NCBI GenBank assembly: GCA_977017645.1
Contig: OZ360226.1
Location: 59,458,001-59,522,000, forward strand
Origin: Torpedo marmorata
Lineage: Eukaryota
DNA length: 64,000 nt
Reading direction: 5' to 3'
Part shown: positions 23,867 to 33,179 of the stretch, piece after piece
Layout: every line of letters begins with the position of its first letter
Position numbering within the stretch: position 1 is the first letter of the stretch
The notes under the pieces: generated by a model
What the model saw: the letters and a program-made list of their open reading frames with translations, nothing else
Databases searched by the model: none
What the model was told of the DNA's origin: nothing
Position numbers and translations under genes: made by a program

Positions 23867-26800
23867 CTCTCTGAACCACTCAGGTCCAGGACCATGAGCA
23901 CAGCTACCGCCATACAAACAGGAACAGACACTTGGCTTCTCTACATTCTCACGAAGCTCATTGTGGTAAACCACTATAGTATGTATATATGTATTGTGGG
24001 CTGGGGCAAGTCTGACCATGACCTGTCTGTCTGTCCCGGTGACTCCTCCCCCCTTTCCCCTGGAATAAAGGCCTTGAGCCATTGACTCCACCCACAGTTC
24101 CGGGACAGTCCAGCAGGGATCACCAGGTCAAGTGTAGCTTAGCCCTGGCCTGATTTCTGGTATTAAAAGCCTATTGATTTCCTGCACTTCCAGACTCGCG
24201 TCTGTCATTGATAGGTACATCAATTTTAATACCAGATCTAAAATCCGATGGAGAATTTTCTGAGGCCGGACAAGCTGGACATCGACCCCCTGGCCCAAGA
24301 CGCCGCAAGTGACTTTGAACTCTGGCTACGCTGCCTCGTAGCCTTCCTGAGGTCGACCAGAGCGGTTACCAACGAGAATAAACTCGACATCCTCATGTCC
24401 AGGGTAAGCAAACGAGTGTATGGCACTGTCAGAGACTGTGATACCTATGAGGATGCCTTGGAAGCCCTCCGAAGGCTGTACCTGACGCCAGTGAACGAGG
24501 TTTTCGTGAGGCACCGGTTATCGCAACGGCACCAGCGACACGGAGAGTCGATCTCTGAATATATCCAGGACGTGCAGCTCCTGGTGCGGGCGTGCGATTG
24601 CCGAGCCCAGACGGCCGAGCAACACGCCGAAATATTGGCAAGGGACACTATTATTATGGGGCTCAGGTCGGTTTACATTCGCCAGCGATTGCTGGAACAC
24701 GCCGACCTGACCCTGAGATCTACCGTCCAGACGGCCCTCACGCTGGAGTCGGCGCTCAGGAACGCTGACGCTATGCAGACGCAGCCTGCCCAATGGATCG
24801 CCCCAACCGCCAGCCCTGCAAGCAACGCGACGGCCGCTGCCGTCTACCGGGACCCGATCGCAGCTGCCGACGCTATCCGTGAGTTGGCCGCTGCCGCCGC
24901 TACCCGGGAGCCCGCCGCCAACCGTGAGTTAACCGCTGCCGCTGTTACCCGGGAGCCCGAGAAGTGTTACTTCTGCGGGCTCGACAAACACCCACGTAAG
25001 CGCTGCCCGGCCCGAGACGCGACTTGTTCTAGTTGCGGCAAGAAAGGCCACTACGCAAAGGCCTGCCGCTCCAAGTCGCGTACGGGTCCGAGCAGCGCCG
25101 CATGCGAAGTAAGGGAGCGGCCATCTTACCTGTCGTCACTTCCGGCGGTTACCTCGTGCGAGGAATGGAGGCGGCCATCTTGGCCTTCGGCATTTCCGGT
25201 TTCGACATTTCCAGCGCGGCCATTTTATAGCCTCACCGCGGCGGCACTTCCAGCACTTCCGGCGCCGCCATCTTGTAGCGACACGTGTGAGCTGCGGGAG
25301 CTGCCATCAGCGTTGGATCAAGACGGCTCGTCGGATCAAGACTACGTCCCGACCCTGGCATCCGTGACGCTGGATCAAAGCGCGCCCCATCAGCTGTCCA
25401 GATCGATGATGGACATATTGGTTGAGGGGCATAAGACTACCTGCCTGTTCGACACAGGCAGTACTGAAAGCTTTGTTCACCCAGACACTGCCCAGCGCTG
25501 TGGCCTCACAATTGTACCGGTAAGCCAGAAGGTGGCCATGGCGTCTGGAACTCACACAACAGACATCCGGGGGGGTTGTGTGGCGAACATAGTAGTGCAG
25601 GGCACGGAATATCGGGGATTTTCATTGATGGTCATGCCCCGTTTGTGTGCTCCTGTATTGCTGGGACTAGACTTCCAAAGCCACCTGCGAAGCGTCACCA
25701 TGCACTATGATGGGCCCCACCCTCCGATCGTAGTGACCAACCCCCAGTACTTGCATAATACGCCCCAGACTACCTGTGGTCTCTCCACGCTGAAGACCCA
25801 ACCCCCGTCACTTTTCGCCAACCTGACCCCTGACTGTAAGCCTGTAGCGACTAAAAGTAGGCGATACAGTGCAGGGGACAGGGCATTCATTAAGGCGGAG
25901 GTGCATCGTCTACTGGGGGAAGGGATCATTGCACACAGTAACAGCCCCTGGAGAGCACAGGTAGTCGTGGTGAAGAACGGGGCTAAGAGCCGGATGGTGG
26001 TGGACTATAGCCAGACCATTAACCGGTTCACGCAACTGGATGCCTATCCGCTGCCAAGAATCGCGGATATGGTCAACCAGATTGCGCAGTATAAAATATT
26101 TTCAACCATTGATCTAAAATCGGCTTACCACCAGCTTCCGATTCGCCGGGAGGACCGAGCGTACACCGCTTTCGAGGCGGACGGCAGATTATTCAATTTT
26201 CTGCGCGTCCCCTTCGGGGTAACTAACGGGGTATCTGTGTTTCAACGGGAGATGGACAGGATCATTGACCAGTTCAAACTCACTGCCACCTTCCCGTACC
26301 TGGACGACATCACCATTTGTGGTCATGATCGCCAGGATCACGATAAGAACCTTCGGAAGTTACTACAGGCGGCTAAGACGCTGAACCTCACTTATAACGA
26401 GGAGAAATGCGTGTTCGGGACTACCCGACTCGCTATCCTGGGGTGCGTCGTGGAGAACGGGGTGATTGGACCCGACCCCGACCGCATGCGCCCCCTGTTG
26501 GAACTTCCGATTCCCCTTACCCCCAAAGCCCTTAAACGATGCCTCGGGTTCTTCTCGTATTATGCGCAGTGGGTCCCAAACTACGCAGACAAAGCCCGAC
26601 CCCTCGTCAAATCCACCAAGTTTCCCCTAGCAGCGGAGGCACGTGAGGCCTTCGACCTCATAAAAGGGGACATCGCCCGAGCAGCGATGCACACGGTGGA
26701 CGAGTCGGAACCTTTTCAGGTGGAGAGTGACGCATCGGACTTCGCACTGGCTGCTATCCTCAACCAGGCGGGAAGAGCGGTAGCGTTTTTCTCCCGCACC

Positions 26801-28772
26801 CTTCAAGGCCCCGAAATTCGGCACTCCGCGGTAGAGAAAGAGGCCCAGGCCATAGTTGAGGCTGTTCGGCACTGGAGGCACTATCTCGCCGGAAAACATT
26901 TTACCCTGCTGACGGACCAGCGCTCCGTCGCATTCATGTTTAACAGCCAGCAGCGGGGTAAAATCAAGAATGACAAAATCATGAGGTGGAGAATAGAACT
27001 CTCCACCTACAATTACGACATCATGTACCGGCCCGGGAAGCTCAACGAGCCCTCCGACGCTCTATCCCGGGGATCGTGCGCCAGCGCGCAGAACGACCGA
27101 GTATACTCCCTACACAACGACCTCTGCCACCCAGGAGTCACCAGGCTGTTCCACTTCATCAAAGCACGGAACCTGCCTTTCTCCCTGGATGAGGTCAGAA
27201 CCATGACCAGCAGCTGCCGAGTCTGTGCGGAATGCAAACCGCAGTACTACCGCCCCGACAGAGCACAGCTGGTCAAGGCCACCCGCCTGTTCGAACGTCT
27301 CAGTATAGACTTCAAGGGCCCCCTTCCCTCCACGAACTGCAATGTGTACTTCCTTAACATCATCGATGAGTACTCGCGGTTCCCCTTTGCCATCCCCTGC
27401 ACTGATACCTCGGCGGCTTCGGCTATTAAAGCCCTGCGCCAGGTATTCACCTTGTTCGGCTTCCCCAGCTATGTCCATAGCGATCGGGGATCCGCGTTCA
27501 TGAGCGAGGAGCTGCGACAGTATTTGCAGACCCGAGGCATCGCCACCAGTAGGACCACGGGGTACAACCCGCGGGGGAACGGACAGGTGGAGAGGGAGAA
27601 CGCCACTGTATGGACAGCTACACTACTGGCCCTGAAATCAAAAGGGTGGCCAGTGGCCCGCTGGCAGGAGGTTCTCCCGGACGCCCTCCACTCTATACGA
27701 TCCCTCTTATGTACCGCCACTAACGCTACCCCTCACGAACGTCTCTTTTCCTTCCCCAGAAAATCGACCACCGGAACTACCCTCCCTGCCTGGCTGACGT
27801 CCCCGGGACCGGTGCTACTCCGCAAACATCTTCGGAGTAGCAAGTACGAGCCCTTGGTCGAGAGGGTGCAGCTGATCCACGCGAACCCGCAGTACGCATT
27901 CGTGGTTTTCCCCGACGGGCGGGAAGACACGGTGTCAATACGGGACCTGGCGCCTGCAGGAGCGTCAGAAGAGGTCCCCGACAGCGGGAACGCCGGGTCA
28001 CAGCTGCCCCCTCCGCCCCATTCGCCTCCCAGCACGGCGGGTACAACGCCCCAGCCGGAGCTGGAAGAGCCACAAGCCAGGCAGGAGGCAAACCAGACCC
28101 AGACCCACCCTACTCTCGTTCCACAACCACAACCATCAACTCTCGTTCCACAACCACAACCATCACCGCAGGTATCACGTACCCTCATTCCACAACCACT
28201 ACCATCACCGCTGGTATTACGCAGGTCACAGCGGCGAATCCGGCCGCCGGTTAGACTCAATCTATAGACGTGATAATTACTATGTAAATAATCTGTGTAT
28301 ATTTGTGTTTTCTTTAATTACGGTATCCACTTCATCCCCCCCCCGTCGGACTTGTTCTAAAAGAAGGGGTGAATGTGGTAAACCACTATAGTATGTATAT
28401 ATGTATTGTGGGCTGGGGCAAGTCTGACCATGACCTGTCTGTCTGTCCCGGTGACTCCTCCCCCCTTTCCCCTGGAATAAAGGCCTTGAGCCATTGACTC
28501 CACCCACAGTTCCGGGACAGTCCAGCAGGGATCACCAGGTCAAGTGTAGCTTAGCCCTGGCCTGATTTCTGGTATTAAAAGCCTATTGATTTCCTGCACT
28601 TCCAGACTCGCGTCTGTCATTGATAGGTACATCACTCATCATCGTCATAGAGATTCTGATTCATATCAAAAACCACAACAGAAGTCACATTATTTTTAAA
28701 ACTCTTGCCTACAGGATTAAAACCCCACTTCTGTTCTGAAGTTGTTCCTTTTTTCAAAGATGCCAAGTTGCG
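23867..28772 (-). CDS. Candidate host exon (228 bp after removing the Gypsy and one TSD), interrupted by the Gypsy element
   Basis: 28772-28640 plus 23961-23867 read RNLASLKKGTTSEQKWGF...NLYDDDELRENVEKPSVCSCLYGGSCAHGPGPEWFRE with no stop; acceptor ttcttacAG, donor GAG|GTAAAC, phase 0-0. Confidence 0.65.
23962..28634 (+). mobile_element. Intact, very young Gypsy LTR retrotransposon
   Basis: 261-bp LTRs 23962-24222 and 28374-28634 appear identical; TG..CA termini; perfect 5-bp TSD ctcat; PPT aaaagaaggggtgaa; CpG-rich interior. Confidence 0.98.
24248..28267 (+). CDS. Gag-Pol polyprotein (Gag, 2 zinc knuckles, PR, RT, RNaseH, IN), 1339 aa
   Basis: CYFCGLDKH..C, CSSCGKKGHYAKAC, LFDTGS, PFG, YLDD, SDAS, H..HPG..CRVC, IDFKGP, SDRG, NGQVERE. 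Confidence 0.97.
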   Translation: MENFLRPDKLDIDPLAQDAASDFELWLRCLVAFLRSTRAVTNENKLDILMSRVSKRVYGTVRDCDTYEDALEALRRLYLTPVNEVFVRHRLSQRHQRHGESISEYIQDVQLLVRACDCRAQTAEQHAEILARDTIIMGLRSVYIRQRLLEHADLTLRSTVQTALTLESALRNADAMQTQPAQWIAPTASPASNATAAAVYRDPIAAADAIRELAAAAATREPAANRELTAAAVTREPEKCYFCGLDKHPRKRCPARDATCSSCGKKGHYAKACRSKSRTGPSSAACEVRERPSYLSSLPAVTSCEEWRRPSWPSAFPVSTFPARPFYSLTAAALPALPAPPSCSDTCELRELPSALDQDGSSDQDYVPTLASVTLDQSAPHQLSRSMMDILVEGHKTTCLFDTGSTESFVHPDTAQRCGLTIVPVSQKVAMASGTHTTDIRGGCVANIVVQGTEYRGFSLMVMPRLCAPVLLGLDFQSHLRSVTMHYDGPHPPIVVTNPQYLHNTPQTTCGLSTLKTQPPSLFANLTPDCKPVATKSRRYSAGDRAFIKAEVHRLLGEGIIAHSNSPWRAQVVVVKNGAKSRMVVDYSQTINRFTQLDAYPLPRIADMVNQIAQYKIFSTIDLKSAYHQLPIRREDRAYTAFEADGRLFNFLRVPFGVTNGVSVFQREMDRIIDQFKLTATFPYLDDITICGHDRQDHDKNLRKLLQAAKTLNLTYNEEKCVFGTTRLAILGCVVENGVIGPDPDRMRPLLELPIPLTPKALKRCLGFFSYYAQWVPNYADKARPLVKSTKFPLAAEAREAFDLIKGDIARAAMHTVDESEPFQVESDASDFALAAILNQAGRAVAFFSRTLQGPEIRHSAVEKEAQAIVEAVRHWRHYLAGKHFTLLTDQRSVAFMFNSQQRGKIKNDKIMRWRIELSTYNYDIMYRPGKLNEPSDALSRGSCASAQNDRVYSLHNDLCHPGVTRLFHFIKARNLPFSLDEVRTMTSSCRVCAECKPQYYRPDRAQLVKATRLFERLSIDFKGPLPSTNCNVYFLNIIDEYSRFPFAIPCTDTSAASAIKALRQVFTLFGFPSYVHSDRGSAFMSEELRQYLQTRGIATSRTTGYNPRGNGQVERENATVWTATLLALKSKGWPVARWQEVLPDALHSIRSLLCTATNATPHERLFSFPRKSTTGTTLPAWLTSPGPVLLRKHLRSSKYEPLVERVQLIHANPQYAFVVFPDGREDTVSIRDLAPAGASEEVPDSGNAGSQLPPPPHSPPSTAGTTPQPELEEPQARQEANQTQTHPTLVPQPQPSTLVPQPQPSPQVSRTLIPQPLPSPLVLRRSQRRIRPPVRLNL

Positions 28773-30971
28773 CTGTAAGAACATTAAGCTTTTTATCAAA
28801 ATGTTACAATGGATGTTAAAAATGTAGTATTACGTGACAATACTGGAACCTTTACCTTTACCTTTAAATACAAGACTAACTTCCTTCAGTAAATTTAATT
28901 CAGAATCAATGTGCTTCTAACAATTTCCTGAAAATCAGGAGTGCAGGTAGTAAGCTATTTTTTGTGTAACTTGTCCAACAACTTGTAGCCTTTATCAAAT
29001 CAAAGGACATCACTGTATTTTAATGGATTTTTAGATGATTCACACAATAATAATACATGCACATTGAATTTACTCTTATGGTATCAGCATATTTAGGCCT
29101 TCTATTAATATATAGTTTTACATTCTCCTGAATAAATTAAAGACCTCATTATTGATAGCTGCCAGAGAATACTACATAATAGAAATATGCAAGATTGAGA
29201 TTAAACACACAATGAAGTTCTAAAATCCAAAGTTAACTTCATCAGCTGCTAAAGTAAAAGGAATTTAACATTCATGTCCAAAACCATCTGCCTTAATATG
29301 GTAACTTGACCTGCTTAGTGATTTGATTCTGGTAATTATGTTATAATTAAACCAGCCTTATCAGTCCAGCTCCTTCTAATTAATTCGACTTGGCCTGATG
29401 AGATATCTTTATCACCAATTGACATAAAACATAGCTGAACAGTTGATTACACTCGGATTTGGGAGTCAATTCACAGTCTCCTGTGTTTGGTCAGATTCAC
29501 CAAATATCTATCAAAAACTGGTGATGTAACTTTTTATTCCAAAGAAACATTAAGACCATTACTGTTTGCAGGAGACCATTTGCCTGATCAAGAAATGAAC
29601 TCTGCCAGAGAATTCAAAGGCTAACCCCATCTCACCACTTTTCCCTTTCCCTTTTATCTTTCTTTGGTTCAAATACTTGTCCACTTTCCCTTGAAGGATG
29701 TGATGCTTTCTGCTCTAATCATTCTCAGAGGCAAAGCATTCTCTGCTCCAACAATCCAGCACATCACAAAATTTCTTTCAACATCACTCTCCACATTGTG
29801 ACAATTTTAAATTAATGACCCTTCATCATTGATTAACTAACAAAGGAAATAGTCCCTCTAATTGACCATATCACATTTCTTTTTAAAATAGTTTGAAAAA
29901 CCTCTTTCAAGCTTCTACTTGGACTCTCTTTCAATGGGATCAGTCCTAATATGCTATCTTTTCTCAGAATATCATGTTCCCATTTTTGGCATCATCTTCA
30001 GGAATGAAGATTGTGTATTCCCTTCATCTTCAAACCTTTTTTTGACAAAACTGCATTATTACAAAATACATTTTGGCATTTAGATGCTTTTTTAACTATA
30101 AGTTTTATGCTGGAAAATTTTATCTGGGATTCAATAATTTAAACCCAGAACTACAGGAATAGATTGTGGAATCCTTTCTCCATTGATTTTCAACCAGTAT
30201 ATCCCTCATAGTACTTATGAAGCCCAGAAGAAATTCTTGCCACATTTTCGTGTACAAACTTCCAAATATTGTCAATTTATTTAACTACAGTTGTAATTTA
30301 TGTAGTTGAATCCCACAGACTCTATTCCAGGATCAAATCAATATCTTTCTTGGAAGCATCTGCAAATTTCTTGAATGGGAAAATCTCTTCCCCTTTATGT
30401 ATTTTGACAGCTTATTCCACTTTAGAGCTCTAACATTTTTGGGAATTTTGGTGATTAATTATTAATTTTGATTATATATTGCCTTTTGGCCAAATTTAGA
30501 TTACAAAAGGGATGCAAGGGATTTTTTAAAAAATATATTTTATTTGAGAAAATTTTCATCCATACATGTATAATTTATAAAATACATAATAGAATATTAA
30601 ATTATTACTTTATTTATACATGATGGTATAAATCCCCACCACCCCCCCACCCCCTCCCCCCAAACCAAAACCCCAGAAAGGAAGAAAAAAAAGAAAAGAA
30701 GAGAAATAAATGGAAAAGTATGAAGAAAGATAAAGTAGCCTGGATGTTAAGAAGTCGCTACCTACCACACGGTTCTAATTAGTTACGTTTTTTTTTTTCT
30801 AATTCTCTCAAGTAGGTTAACAAGGTACTCGAGGTGGAGAAACATTTATAAATTTATTCCTACAGTTTGTAAATATGGGCACCAAATTTTCAAAAATACA
30901 TCGTATTTGTTTCTTAAATTATAAATAATCTTCTCAAGTGGAATACAGCTACGCATTTCTGTATTCCACCG

Positions 30972-31576
30972 TATAGTGACTTCAATCCAACAAATAGTCA
31001 CTTGGAGGCTAGGTGAGATACTTGTTCTTGACGCGTTTCAATTAATTTACTAACAAAGTCCAATATGTTCAAAACTTTATTTACACATGAGGACTTGTAT
31101 CAATCTTCAATGACTTAAATATCTTCTTTAATGAAATATAAACAATTCTTGATAACGATGCTTAATAACGATTCTTCAAAATGTCTATAAACTTCCTTTA
31201 AACGATTCCTTTAACACTCATTTAAACGTCCTTTAAACGTGGCTTTAAACGTTACTTTAAACATCCTTTAAATGGTCAATGAAAGATATGACGATCTCAC
31301 TCACCCTCCTTGGTCGCCATATTTTATACTACAACTACTCCGATTCGCGCATGCTCCAAATGCGCATACTCCACTGCACATACTCCACCGCGCATACTCC
31401 ACTGCGCATACTCCCGTCACTTCCCCACTGCGCATGCGCCCGTCGGCACTCTTGCACATGCGCAGAGTACTCAATAGGCCTAGCACGGCCTACTAATCTC
31501 TGTAAGTCCTCCGAAACCCACTGGTCCCATTGGAACGCCGCGATTAAGGTAAGACACCAAGCCTATTGCTCTTACA
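30972..31576 (-). mobile_element. Solo LTR of a related BEL subfamily
   Basis: Starts TGTAAGAGC, ends CACTATA; shares U5 blocks (gaacatattggactttgttagtaaattaatt) with 32061-32733; TSD caccg/cacca. Confidence 0.88.
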
Positions 31577-32100
31577 CACCATTCCATACCCAAATGGGAG
31601 TCTGATTTCCAGGTTACTGCTATACATTTTTTGCTACTGCTAGTGCGATTTTAACAAATTCTTTTTGATACATATTTAATTTCAATTTTGGTCTTATCGC
31701 CTTAACATTACCTAATAAAAACAACGTTGGATCTTGTGGAAATTTAGTTCCTATAATCTGCTCTAAAAAGGTTCTTAAGTCTATCCAAAAAGGTTTTACT
31801 TTAGGGCAAGACCAAGTTGAATGCAAAAAAGTACCTATTTCCTGATTACATCTAAAACATTGATCTGATAAATCTGATTTTAACCTTTTCAATTTCTGTG
31901 GTGTAATATATAATTGGTGTAAAAAATTATAATGAACCAATCTATACCTAACCTTTATTGTATTTGTCATACTATCTCGACATAACTCTGACCAATTTCG
32001 TTCATCAATATTAATATTCAAATCCATCTCCCATCTTTGTCTAGACCTATGAATCCCTTGTGTAAGAGCCGTAGGCTCGTTAACTTACCGTTGTTGCGGC

Positions 32101-32290
32101 GCTCCGATGTCTCGTCGGGCCTTGGAGCGCTCGCGTTGTTATGTAGGCCGTCCTCGGAGCGCTCCGAGGCCACGTCGGGCCATGGAGCGCTCGCGTTGTT
32201 CTGTAGGCCGCCGTCGGCCCGTTTCTTTGATCTGCGCATGCGCGGGAGTGCCGACGGACGCATGCGCAGTATGGAGTGACGTCATTGTGC
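32101..32290 (+). promoter_or_regulatory. LTR U3: 60-bp tandem repeat, NRF1-type GCGCATGCGC motifs and a CRE
   Basis: Repeat units 32101-32160 and 32161-32220; tgcgcatgcgc at 32233; TGACGTCA at 32277-32284; CpG rich. Confidence 0.55.
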
Positions 32291-33179
32291 GCGTGGGAGG
32301 CTGGGAATTGTAGTATGCGCGGTGGAGGGTGCGCAGAGCCATTAGGAGTGACGGAGGATGCGCAAATCAAGTATAGAGAGAGAATAAAGGAAAGGAAAAG
32401 ATGTATGGAGGGTTAGTCTGGTCTCCACATCTTTATTGACCGTTTTTATATCGTTTTATATCGTTTTATAATGTTTTTATAACTTCAACATCATCTACAG
32501 TGTTTCATATCGTTTTGGAATTGTTTAAGGAATAATTTAAAGGAACTCATCATACATCGTTTACAAGAACTGTTTGTATTAAAGTCATTGAAGATTACTG
32601 CAAGTCATGTGTGAAAATAAAGGTTTTTGAACATATTGGACTTTGTTAGTAAATTAATTAAAACGCGTCAAAAGCAAGGACCACACTTAGCCTCCAGGTG
32701 ACTATTGGTGGAGCGAAGTCACCGTTACTTATAGTCAATAAAGTGCTGGCTGTTTGGAACAGAAGTTTGAAGGAAAGAAGATAAAAAAACCTCTCTGTGC
32801 TTTGGACTGATATAAATTGGTGGCCATTTTGGAGATGCCTCGAGTTGGGGGCAGTTTGTAATCTACATCCATCTGCCATGAATAACAGACAGAGAGGGAT
32901 TTAAAGCTTCAAATCTTATAATAAAGTGTCCTATAAATACGTTGGAGAAACTATTTTTGGAAAATCAGTGATATTAGTGACGGATGTTGTGGTTGAAACT
33001 CGTTTAAGGATTGCAGCACATTACAGTCATTAGAAGTGGTAGGCATAAGTCTGTGGACTCCTTCTGTGTATCTTTAGCAAGTAAGAACACAGATTGGAAT
33101 TGCTGCCGCTGGTCCATTGGGGACTGTTGTTTGACTAGTGTTGTGTATGCTTGAAGGAAAGAGGAACAAGACGAGTAAA

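Noticed and set aside
32101-32220. Repeat array resembling CRISPR
   Set aside because: It is a direct tandem repeat without unique spacers inside a eukaryotic LTR, and there are no cas genes.
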